A stretch of DNA of 32,000 bases, taken from assembly GCA_964577555.1 (NCBI GenBank), contig CAZNZM010000001.1, forward strand, positions 55,178 through 87,177, given 5' to 3'. This document shows positions 17,738 through 25,378 of the stretch, in pieces (within the stretch, counting starts at the first letter, position 1; each line of letters opens with the position of its first letter). The stretch comes from an uncultured archaeon. GTDB lineage: Archaea; Iainarchaeota; Iainarchaeia; Iainarchaeales; Iainarchaeaceae. The notes under the pieces were generated by a model that saw only the letters and a program-made list of their open reading frames with translations, searched no databases and had not been told where the DNA came from. A program made the translations under genes and the position numbers.

Positions 17738-18001
17738 TTAGCTGTTTTGTTCGCTATTATTTTCTTGGCTGGCAAAATGTTCGTTTGCCTGTTGAAGAAC
17801 CGAAATCAACTTGGACAATTCGTTTGGCCTGAAAGATTTAAGCGATTTCCATTCTTCGCCTGATTTATATCTTTTTTCAATTGTTATTGTATTGTAAATT
17901 TCGCCAGTTTCCTTGGCAACATTTTCCCACACAGCCAAATGTATTTGGCCTGAAGAAAATTTTGCAACAGGTTTTGAACTGCTTTTTTGCTTGCTTTCCA
18001 T
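17738..18001 (-). CDS. small (87 aa) hypothetical protein, possibly a PC4/YdbC-like ssDNA-binding fold
   Basis: The ORF track offers a GTG start at 18058, but the internal ATG at 18001 is preceded by AGGGGTGA 8 nt upstream, matching the SD pattern of other genes here. The core IHLAVWENVAKETGEIYNTITIEKRYKSGEEWKSLKSFRPNELSKLISVLQQANE resembles small PC4-like proteins from memory only. Confidence 0.6.
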   Translation of the reverse strand: MESKQKSSSKPVAKFSSGQIHLAVWENVAKETGEIYNTITIEKRYKSGEEWKSLKSFRPNELSKLISVLQQANEHFASQENNSEQNS

Positions 18002-18118
18002 AAAATTCACCCCTTGATGAAAGCAGAACCGAAGACTCGCACGAATAACTACTGGCACAAAATTTTTAAAATTTTCAAGAGTTGGTTGCCGGTAAAAAAA
18101 AGTTTATTGTTGGAAAAA

Positions 18119-18760
18119 TTATTCGCTTGAAGCCCATGATTTTATTATTTCAAGTGATTTTATTTGTTCGTCCAAATCCTTTATTTTCGCTTCAATATCC
18201 TTTAATTGGGCTTCCGACACGTCAATTCTGAAGTCTTGAAGAATGTTTGCGTAATTTCCTACTTTTTTGTTTTTGTAAACAAAACTTTTTTGCACTGTTT
18301 CAACAAGGTTTTTTCTGTATTCAATGTCTTCAAGAAACATTTTTACAAGCGGTTTGTATCTTGGATCTGCTGCAAGGTGAGCTGGCAAGCCTACTGCTTC
18401 AGCATCGGCCTTGTATTCTTTGTCGGTAAGCATTTTGGAGACATGCTTCCAATAAATTGGCTCGGACAATTTCAAAACATGGTGCTTCAGGTGATAGTTT
18501 TTGGCTTCGTTTAGCTTTTTTCTCCAATCGGCTTCCTTTTTCAAAAAAAGTTTTCTCCTGTTCTTTAATTCTTCTATTTGAGTTTGGATTCGCAATGGAG
18601 AAGGGTATATCAAGCGAGGCCAAGGTTTTTTTGAAGGCAAAGCCGATATTACCCCGCCTCGTTCAAAGTATTTTTTCAATGCATTGATTCTTTCATCGTT
18701 CTTTGGAAAATCAAACCTTTTTTGGAATTCTTCAAAAGAACTTATTATATTTGATGTCAT
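18119..18760 (-). CDS. hypothetical protein (213 aa) with a C-terminal coiled coil
   Basis: Clean ORF with an ATG start and ordinary non-repetitive composition. Diverges from nac across a 62-bp spacer. No family recognised. Confidence 0.6.
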   Translation of the reverse strand: MTSNIISSFEEFQKRFDFPKNDERINALKKYFERGGVISALPSKKPWPRLIYPSPLRIQTQIEELKNRRKLFLKKEADWRKKLNEAKNYHLKHHVLKLSEPIYWKHVSKMLTDKEYKADAEAVGLPAHLAADPRYKPLVKMFLEDIEYRKNLVETVQKSFVYKNKKVGNYANILQDFRIDVSEAQLKDIEAKIKDLDEQIKSLEIIKSWASSE

Positions 18761-18822
18761 GAAAAAAAAATGTTGATTCAGTTAATAAGCTTTTTTAAGT
18801 AGTAAATTGTTGGTGATTTTTT

Positions 18823-19164
18823 ATGTTTCCTGGTTTTGGTGGAATGGATCCAAGGCAAATGAAGATGATGTTGAAACAATTTGGCATAAAGTCTGAAGAA
18901 ATTCATGCAAAAAGGGTTGTTTTTGAGTTTGAAGAAAAGAAAATAATTATTGAAGAACCGCAGGTTACTGCAATGGATATGCACGGGAATAAAATTTATA
19001 GTGTAATGGGCAAAGAGATTGAAGAAAAAGCGAAAACGGAAATCCCTGAATCTGACATTTTAATGGTTTCTGAAAAGGCAAAAGTTTCAAGGGAAGAAGC
19101 TTTTAATGCATTAAAGGAAACAAAAGGGGATATTGCGGAAGCTATTCAAAAATTGACAAAATAA
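18823..19164 (+). CDS. nac: nascent polypeptide-associated complex protein (archaeal NAC alpha homolog)
   Basis: 113 aa. NAC domain (MLKQFGIKSEEIHAKRVVFEFEEKKIIIEEPQV) plus a C-terminal UBA-like helix bundle (SREEAFNALKETKGDIAEAIQKL). GGTGA lies 7 nt upstream of the ATG. Confidence 0.9.
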   Translation: MFPGFGGMDPRQMKMMLKQFGIKSEEIHAKRVVFEFEEKKIIIEEPQVTAMDMHGNKIYSVMGKEIEEKAKTEIPESDILMVSEKAKVSREEAFNALKETKGDIAEAIQKLTK

Positions 19165-19248
19165 TAATTATTAATTAATATTTGATGACATAAAAAAAAA
19201 TTTCGGGAAAAGAGGCTTTATAATGAATCAACAAAACCAGGATATGCT

Positions 19249-20592
19249 TTAATTTTGTTTAATTATTTCCTGGGCTTGTATAAGCCTTATTCCGTTTCTT
19301 TTTGAAGCTATTATAAGCATGTTCATTTCTATTTCGTCTCCGTTTTTATGAATTGGTTTTACATATGCGTTGAAATAACCTTCGCGAATTGTGAAATCAT
19401 AGTTGGCATCTGGAACATATATTGAATTAGCTTCTATTTTTGCTTTTCTGAAAACCGTGAATTTCAATTCATAATTTTTTTCCGTTGAATTAATGGTTTT
19501 TAAAATTTTTTCTGAGTCGCTATTTGAAATTGTTCCTTCCAAAAAAACTTTTGGCTCTTTGATGCTTGATATTTTAAAGCCAAAAGCTTCCAATTCTTCT
19601 TTTAGTTTTTCTGCGAATTGGTTTATGTTTTCGTCTTTGGCTGTGACAATTGCTTTGTTGGAGTCCAATTGCAAGGTGAAAGAACTTATGCTTTGGTGTC
19701 CTGACAGGTAAAAGTTAAGGTCATTAATAGATATTTTTTCAGGTTCTGAAAATAAAATTGTGAAATTGAGTGATTGTGGATAGACTTTTAAGTTGGAGTT
19801 TTCGTCCAATTTTGCGAGTTCCAGTTTTGCTTTTTCAAGATCGTTTATTTTTTTTGGGGTTGATTCCGAATTTATTAAGTATTCGTTTTCTAAGCTTGAA
19901 ATCGTTGATTTTTGGATTAATGAAAAAATTTCCTCTTTGGCGTCAAGGTTTGATGTTTCAACAGCATATGCAGAGACTAATTGTTGACCTGCAAATTCGG
20001 TTTGCAAGGAAATTTCTATCAAATCACCTTTTTGGGTTTCGGGAGTTACAAGTGCTTGGATTTGCGAGCCTTTGAATTGGTATTCCTGGGTTAGTCCAAG
20101 CGTTTCGTTCTTGAGTTCAATCTTTTGTGGAAGGTTTACAAGAGAATATTTCATAAATTCCAAATCTTGAAGAAAAGGAAGTTGTTTGATTTCTTCCATT
20201 AATTCTTCTATTTGGCTGGTTGATTGTAAGCGCAAGTCTGCAATGTAGTATTCGCCATTTTGTCCTGAAAACTGGGAATTTTCTACTCTAAGTACTTTGC
20301 CAGTGGAAAGTAAGGCTTTGTCTATGCTTGAAACTTCCGATTCTGAAGTCTTGGCTCCAAGCCTTATTCTTGGAAAAATATCAATTACTTTTGATTTAAT
20401 GTTGGAAGCCGAATATTTTATTGTAGTGGGTTTTTGATTATTGGAAGGGGGTTGTGGTGGCGGCTTGTATTCGTCTTGGTATTGCATAAGGGCAAATATT
20501 GAACCAACCATTAAAAGTGCAACCAAAAGTGCCACAAATTGTTCTTTAGTTATTTTCAAGATTTTACACCTTTCATCAATCTTTATATTCAA
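19249..20592 (-). CDS. hypothetical N-terminally anchored extracytoplasmic protein (447 aa)
   Basis: TTG start. One N-terminal TM helix FVALLVALLMVGSIFALMQY, followed by the Pro-rich KPPPQPPSNNQKP and a large non-repetitive domain. No family recognised. Confidence 0.65.
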   Translation of the reverse strand: MNIKIDERCKILKITKEQFVALLVALLMVGSIFALMQYQDEYKPPPQPPSNNQKPTTIKYSASNIKSKVIDIFPRIRLGAKTSESEVSSIDKALLSTGKVLRVENSQFSGQNGEYYIADLRLQSTSQIEELMEEIKQLPFLQDLEFMKYSLVNLPQKIELKNETLGLTQEYQFKGSQIQALVTPETQKGDLIEISLQTEFAGQQLVSAYAVETSNLDAKEEIFSLIQKSTISSLENEYLINSESTPKKINDLEKAKLELAKLDENSNLKVYPQSLNFTILFSEPEKISINDLNFYLSGHQSISSFTLQLDSNKAIVTAKDENINQFAEKLKEELEAFGFKISSIKEPKVFLEGTISNSDSEKILKTINSTEKNYELKFTVFRKAKIEANSIYVPDANYDFTIREGYFNAYVKPIHKNGDEIEMNMLIIASKRNGIRLIQAQEIIKQN

Positions 20593-20607
20593 TTTTCCAA
20601 ACCAATT

Positions 20608-20619
20608 CTTATAAATAAC
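20608..20619. promoter_or_regulatory. shared TATA-like element CTTATAAATAAC in a 48-bp divergent spacer
   Basis: Only 48 bp separate the two start codons (20592 and 20641). The AT element lies about 20-28 bp from each, implying leaderless or near-leaderless mRNAs in both directions. Confidence 0.4.
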
Positions 20620-20640
20620 AATCTCTTTTAAGGTATTATT

Positions 20641-21360
20641 TTGGTGATAAATTTGAAAGAAAAAAGCCTTGTATTGGTTGAATTTACAGGCAAAGAATTA
20701 GTTACTGGAAAGATTTTTGATACCACTTCGGAAGCTGTTGCCAAAGAAGTTGGCTTGTACAAAGAAAACGCGATTTTCAAGCCAGTGCCTGTAATAGTTG
20801 GAAACGGGGATGTTATAAAAGGCATTGATGAGGCTCTCAAAGAAATGAAGGAAGGCGAAGAGAAGGTTATCAAGCTTGGACCTGAAAAGGCTTTTGGAGA
20901 AAGGCGAAAAGACCTGGTTGTGCTTGTGCCATTGGCTGAATTTACAAACAGAAAAATCAAGCCAGTTAATGGTTTGATTGTTGAGATGAATGGAATGTAT
21001 GGAAAGGTTACAACAGTTTCTGGTGGCAGAGTAAGAGTTGATATGAACAACGACCTTGCTGGAAAAGAAGTTGAATATAAATTGAAAGTTATAAAAGAAA
21101 TCAAGGATTCCTCGGAAAAAGCACAAGTTATTGCTGAAAAGTTTTTCCCGCTTAAAGAAAAAGTCCAGACAAAAATAGAGGCCGACGTAATTAAAGTTAA
21201 AATTCCTAAAGAGATTGGGAAACAGCTTGCTCCTCTTGTTCCTGCTTTTACAAAAACAGTTAAAGAAATTATTCCTGAACTCAAGAGTGTTGAAATAGTG
21301 GAATCTTTTGATGCAAAACCAGAAAGCGAAAAAAATGAAAAAAAGCAATTTGAAATTTAA
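20641..21360 (+). CDS. FKBP-type peptidyl-prolyl cis-trans isomerase, archaeal long form with insert-in-flap and C-terminal extension
   Basis: 239 aa. FKBP core strings VIVGNGDVIKGIDEALKEMKEGEEK and DMNNDLAGKEVEYKLKVIKE, with an inserted flap segment between them. TTG/GTG start. Confidence 0.85.
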   Translation: MVINLKEKSLVLVEFTGKELVTGKIFDTTSEAVAKEVGLYKENAIFKPVPVIVGNGDVIKGIDEALKEMKEGEEKVIKLGPEKAFGERRKDLVVLVPLAEFTNRKIKPVNGLIVEMNGMYGKVTTVSGGRVRVDMNNDLAGKEVEYKLKVIKEIKDSSEKAQVIAEKFFPLKEKVQTKIEADVIKVKIPKEIGKQLAPLVPAFTKTVKEIIPELKSVEIVESFDAKPESEKNEKKQFEI

Positions 21361-22245
21361 AAAAATAAAAAGTTGGCCCAACAAAAGATAGACCTGCAAA
21401 AAACAAAAAAACAAAACTTCAAACCAAAAAAAATAAAAACAAAAATTGTCTAAAAAAAACGGCTCACAAAACAAACACAAAAAAAACAAAAAAAACAACC
21501 AACAAAAAAAATGACAAAAAAAACAGCTGATAAAAAAAATCTTTACCAAAAAAAATAAAAATTGTCTAAAAAAATGGCTCACAAAAAAAACAATGACAAA
21601 AAAAATGGCTCGCCAAAAAAAATTAAAAAAAAACGTTCAAAAAAAAATCATGAAAAAAATTGCCAAAAAAAACCCGGCTCGCAAAAAAAAACAAATTCCA
21701 ATCAAAAAAACAATTTCAAATAAAAAAACAAAACTTCAAACAAAAAAAATAAAATAAACTAAAAAAAACAAAAAATGGCTTCAAGAAACAAAACAAAAAA
21801 AACTGCTCACAAAAAAAATAAACAAATTAAAAAAAACAAAAAAACCAATAAAAAAAATTAAGAAAAAAAACTTGGCACGAAAAAAAATAAGCCACAAAAA
21901 ATAATTGACAAAAAAAAGACCACAAAAAAAATGGCTTGCAAAACAAACAACAAAAAAATAACAAAAAAACAACTCGCAAAAAAAACAAACTCCAAAAATA
22001 AAACAAAAAAATAATGACAAAAAAAATCGTCCCGCAAAAAAAACAAAAAAACCAAAAAAAAGCTCACAAAAAAAACAAACAGAAAAAGGCAAAAAAAAGC
22101 CGAGACAAAGCAAAAAAAATAAATTTTTCTAAAAAAATTGAAAAAAGAATTTTATTCCAAAAACAAAAACAAGAAAACAAAAAAAATGTTTAAAAATATG
22201 GGGCAAAAAAACTGCAAAAAAAGCCTAGCTAGCAAAAAAATGCCT
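21361..22245 (+). repeat. A-rich mosaic intergenic tract, locus 2 (largest, about 0.9 kb)
   Basis: Starts at the base after the FKBP stop. Almost only A and C on the + strand until about 22120. About a dozen GGCTCRC-like islands each precede an A-run: 21461, 21576, 21607, 21676, 21777, 21804, 21872, 21933, 21971, 22028, 22061, 22223. Internal direct repeats: ACCAAAAAAAATAAAA..ATTGTCTAAAAAAA-GGCTCAC at 21423-21467 and 21545-21582; AAAAAAACAAAACTTCAAAC-AAAAAAAATAAAA at 21404-21438 and 21722-21755. Confidence 0.9.
21593..21659 (+). repeat. about 65-bp module ATGACAAAAAAAATGGCTCGCCAAAAAAAATTAAAAAAAAACGTTCAAAAAAAAATCATGAAAAAAA, copy A
   Basis: Near-identical to 31820-31884. Differences are one G/A change in GGCTCRC and small A-run or AC length changes. 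Confidence 0.9.
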
Positions 22246-22272
22246 TAAAGCAATTAAATTTTAACTTCTAAT

Positions 22273-22290
22273 AAACCTTTATAAAGGTTT
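22273..22290. promoter_or_regulatory. perfect 18-bp palindrome AAACCTTTATAAAGGTTT centred on a TATA box, upstream of psmB
   Basis: Read directly. The TTTATAAA core sits about 40 bp upstream of ATG 22324, which is appropriate for a BRE/TATA promoter with a short leader. Confidence 0.6.
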
Positions 22291-22323
22291 GGGGGAAGAA
22301 CTATTTCAGATAGCTGATTTTAT

Positions 22324-22968
22324 ATGATGGCAACAGAACATGTATTGAAAGACCTTAAGACTGGGACAACCACTGTTGGAATAGTGTATAGCAGTGGTGT
22401 TGTGCTTGCAGCTGACAAAAGGGCTTCTATGGGGCATATAGTCTATGAAGAAGAATCTGAAAAAATTTATGACATAAACGGGATTTTTGCTGTTACAAAC
22501 GCGGGAAATGTAGGCGATAGTTTGGCTGTAATCAGGTTTTTGAAAGCACAAGCCAAGATTTACGAGCTTGAAAGGGAAGAAAAAATGACTGCAAAAGCCG
22601 CGGCAAATTTGTTGTCAAACGTGCTTAGCGCAAGCAGGTATTATCCTTTTATTTGCCAATTTTTAGTAGGTGGTTTTAATGGAAAACCGGAGCTCTTTGA
22701 TGTCACTCCTTTCGGGGCAATGCTTGAAAGAAAAAACTATGCAGTGTCTGGTTCAGGGACAGAACAAGCCTTGGCAACAATTGATTTGGGTTATAAAGAA
22801 GGCATGAATGAAAAGGAAACAATTGCTTTGGCTGTAAAGGCAATTGAGGCGGGCAAAAGAAGGGATGTTTTTTCTGGCGGAAAGGGAGCAACTGTTTTTG
22901 TTGTGGACTCCAAAGGAGTAAGACAAATACCTGAAGACATTGTTGCAAAATTCACCAAAGGCGACTAA
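22324..22968 (+). CDS. psmB: proteasome subunit beta
   Basis: 214 aa. A short propeptide is followed by the active-site threonine context LKTGTTTVGIVYSSGVVLAADKRAS. Typical Ntn-hydrolase beta-subunit layout. Confidence 0.95.
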   Translation: MMATEHVLKDLKTGTTTVGIVYSSGVVLAADKRASMGHIVYEEESEKIYDINGIFAVTNAGNVGDSLAVIRFLKAQAKIYELEREEKMTAKAAANLLSNVLSASRYYPFICQFLVGGFNGKPELFDVTPFGAMLERKNYAVSGSGTEQALATIDLGYKEGMNEKETIALAVKAIEAGKRRDVFSGGKGATVFVVDSKGVRQIPEDIVAKFTKGD

Positions 22969-23027
22969 AAGAAAGTGGAATGCTTATTTTTTTATCAAAA
23001 CTTTAGAAAACAAAAAGTGAAGAATTA

Positions 23028-24926
23028 ATGGAATATCTAAAAGAAGTAAGGGAAATTGTACAACAAGTAGTACCAAAAGAGGCAGGGGTTACAAGCGTAG
23101 AATTGGAAGGCCCTGAAATCTCTATTTATACCGAAAACCCAAAGGCATTCCATGAAAACGAAAATTACGTAAAAGAAGTAGCCCAAATGCTGAAGAAAAA
23201 AGTTAATATAAGGGCTGACAAATCTTTGCTAATAAACGAAAAAGAGGCAAAAGAAAAAATTCTTGAAATCATTCCTGAAGACGCACAAGTTTCTGATATA
23301 CAATTTTCTGAGCCTTTCAGCGAAGTTTGGATTGAAGCTCTCAAACCTGGTTTGGTAATTGGCAAGAGTGGTGAAACCACAAAGAGGATAATACTTGAAA
23401 CAGGTTGGACTCCAAAAATATTAAGGGCGCCTACTTCTGCTAGTGAAATACTCAAAGGAATAAGACATCATCTTGTAAAATACAGTTCTGAAAGAAAAAA
23501 ATTTTTGACAGAAACAGCAAGGAAAATTTATAGCGAAAAAGCACAACCAAGTTGGATAAGGCTTACTCCTTTGGGCGGATTCAGGCAGGTTGGCAGGAGT
23601 TGCATTTTGCTTGAAACAAGAAAAACCAAAATTCTTTTGGATTGCGGCATCAATGTTGGAGCCCAAACTCCTGAAGAAATGTATCCATACCTTGATGCAA
23701 TAAGGTTTCCAATAAATGAACTTGACGCAGTTGTGCTTAGCCATGCACATATGGACCACTGCGGATTCATACCTTACTTGTTCAAAGTAGGATTCAACGG
23801 GCCTGTTTATTGCACAGAACCTACAAGGGACTTGAGTACATTGCTTCTCTTTGATTACTTGGACATTTCAGCAAAAGACAACAAAGAAGCGCCTTTCAGC
23901 GAAAGAGATGTTAAAGAAATGTTGAAACACTGCATTACAAGAGAATATCGAGAAGTAACTGATATAGCACCAGACATGAGGCTTACTTTCCACAATGCGG
24001 CTCACGTACTTGGCAGTGCTTCAGTTCATTTGCATATAGGTGAAGGAGCACACAACCTTGTTTATGGGGCTGACATAAAATATGGTTTTACAAGGCTTTT
24101 CAACAATGTGGATATAAATTATCCTAGGCTTGAAACTCTTATAATTGAAAGCACTTATGGTGCAAAAGAAGACATAATGCCACAAAGAGAAGAAACTGAA
24201 GTTCAATTGCTGAAAGTTTTGCAAGAAACGACAAACCAAGGCGGCTCGGTTTTAATACCTGTGTTTGCGGTCGGCAGAGCACAAGAACTCCAGCTTGTTA
24301 TTGAAAATTATTATAGAAAAGGACTTATTGATCCGGAAGTCAAGGTTTATATAGACGGCATGACAAAAGAGAGTTCTGCAATCCACACAGCCTACCCAGA
24401 ATATTTGAGAAATGCAGTGCAAACAAGAGTTCTACAAAACGACAGCCCCTTTACAAGCAACATATTTGAAATCGCAAAACCTGAAGAAAGAGACGCGATT
24501 TGCCAAAAAGGCAGGGCAATAATCCTTGCTTCAAGCGGAATGCTTACCGGCGGTTCAAGCCTCCAATATTTTTACAAATTGGCTGAAAACCCTATTAATA
24601 CGCTTATATTTGTAGGTTACCAAGGGGAAGGAACTCTTGGAAGAAAAATACAGGGTGGTTTAAGAAGCCTGCCGATTACGGAAAACGGCGGCAAAACAAG
24701 AAAGCTTGATATTAATATGCGAGTAGAAACGATTGAGGGGTTTTCAGGACATTCTGACAGGCCTCAACTTGTCAGTTATGTAAGGGCTTTGAAACCAAAA
24801 CCGAAAAAGATTTTAACAAATCACGGCGAAGCAACAAAAACGGTTGAACTTGCAAAATTCTTTTCCGCAAAAATGTCAATCAATTCACAATCAATAAGAA
24901 ACCTTGACAGCCTAAGGTTAAAATAA
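23028..24926 (+). CDS. fttA: aCPSF1/FttA-type beta-CASP ribonuclease with N-terminal KH domains
   Basis: 632 aa. KH-type GLVIGKSGETTKRI, metallo-beta-lactamase HxHxDH (LSHAHMDHCG), and a beta-CASP region ending with GFSGHSD and NHGE. Confidence 0.95.
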   Translation: MEYLKEVREIVQQVVPKEAGVTSVELEGPEISIYTENPKAFHENENYVKEVAQMLKKKVNIRADKSLLINEKEAKEKILEIIPEDAQVSDIQFSEPFSEVWIEALKPGLVIGKSGETTKRIILETGWTPKILRAPTSASEILKGIRHHLVKYSSERKKFLTETARKIYSEKAQPSWIRLTPLGGFRQVGRSCILLETRKTKILLDCGINVGAQTPEEMYPYLDAIRFPINELDAVVLSHAHMDHCGFIPYLFKVGFNGPVYCTEPTRDLSTLLLFDYLDISAKDNKEAPFSERDVKEMLKHCITREYREVTDIAPDMRLTFHNAAHVLGSASVHLHIGEGAHNLVYGADIKYGFTRLFNNVDINYPRLETLIIESTYGAKEDIMPQREETEVQLLKVLQETTNQGGSVLIPVFAVGRAQELQLVIENYYRKGLIDPEVKVYIDGMTKESSAIHTAYPEYLRNAVQTRVLQNDSPFTSNIFEIAKPEERDAICQKGRAIILASSGMLTGGSSLQYFYKLAENPINTLIFVGYQGEGTLGRKIQGGLRSLPITENGGKTRKLDINMRVETIEGFSGHSDRPQLVSYVRALKPKPKKILTNHGEATKTVELAKFFSAKMSINSQSIRNLDSLRLK

Positions 24927-25260
24927 GCGAACCAGATAAAATTGCAAAAAAAAATTGTCTCAAAAAACAAATTCAAAAAAAAACAAAAACCAAAATAAAA
25001 AAAATAAAGTTGGCTGACTAAAAAAATAAAATTAAGAGTTTCAACAAAAACAATTGCAAAAATTTCAAAAAACACACAAATTATACATTACAAATAAAAA
25101 GCAAACAAAAAGATTCAAAGATAAAGCGACAATAAAACTATTAATATACATAATCGATTTTTTTGAAAAAAAAAACACTAAAAAATTTCCAAAAAAAAAA
25201 CTACTTAAACATAAAAATAAACTAAAAAAACCTGAAAAAACCTCTTTTTGCCATAAAAAG
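24927..25260 (+). repeat. A-rich mosaic intergenic tract, locus 3 (more degenerate)
   Basis: Begins right after the fttA stop. Contains AAAAATTGTCTCAAAAAACAAATTCAAAAAAAAAC and ATAAAGTTGGCTGAC, which relate to modules in loci 1 and 2. Carries a T7 run at 25157-25163. Confidence 0.75.
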
Positions 25261-25303
25261 TAATTTATTAGAGTTATTAGGCTAAAAAAGACTTATAACG
25301 GCT

Positions 25304-25328
25304 TTTTATAGAAAAATATTTATATAAG
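25304..25328 (+). promoter_or_regulatory. TATA-rich promoter candidate (TTTTTATAG ... ATATTTATATAAG)
   Basis: Two TATA-like boxes lie about 50-75 bp upstream of ATG 25379. No annotated gene otherwise uses them. Confidence 0.4.
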
Positions 25329-25378
25329 TTGGAATGTTGTAAGTATGCTTTGAAATAAAGTGGTCAGGTCGGTTCAAA

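Noticed and set aside
17738-18058. The full 106-aa GTG-initiated version of the small minus-strand ORF
   Set aside because: Its N-terminal 19 residues (MPVVIRASLRFCFHQGVNF) are encoded by the sequence that forms the SD box for the internal ATG at 18001, and no SD or promoter precedes 18058.
20628-21284. 218-aa minus-strand ORF overlapping the FKBP gene
   Set aside because: The plus-strand product has recognisable FKBP motifs. The minus-strand translation is Ser/Thr/Phe-rich with no motif and would collide with the 447-aa gene's promoter.
21593-21700. Phased A-tracts producing intrinsic DNA curvature
   Set aside because: The A-run start-to-start distances I measured here are about 17, 10, 14, 14, 12 and 18 bp, not a consistent 10-11 bp phase. 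Curvature cannot be claimed without a proper calculation.
21593-21757. Hand-translated 54-aa Lys-rich ORF (MTKKMARQKKLKKNVQKKIMKKIAKKNPARKKKQIPIKKTISNKKTKLQTKKIK) inside A-rich tract 2, starting at the recurrent ATGACAAAAAAAATGGCTC module
   Set aside because: T is rare here, so stop codons are rare in every frame and long Lys-rich ORFs arise by chance. The near-identical copy at 31820 has one A fewer in the first run, giving MTKKWLTKKN-stop, so the frame is not conserved between copies.
21361-22245. CRISPR-like array interpretation of the repeated GGCTCRC islands
   Set aside because: The islands are only 7-9 bp, their spacing is irregular (about 26-115 bp), the intervening sequence is low-complexity A-runs rather than unique spacers, and no cas genes are present.
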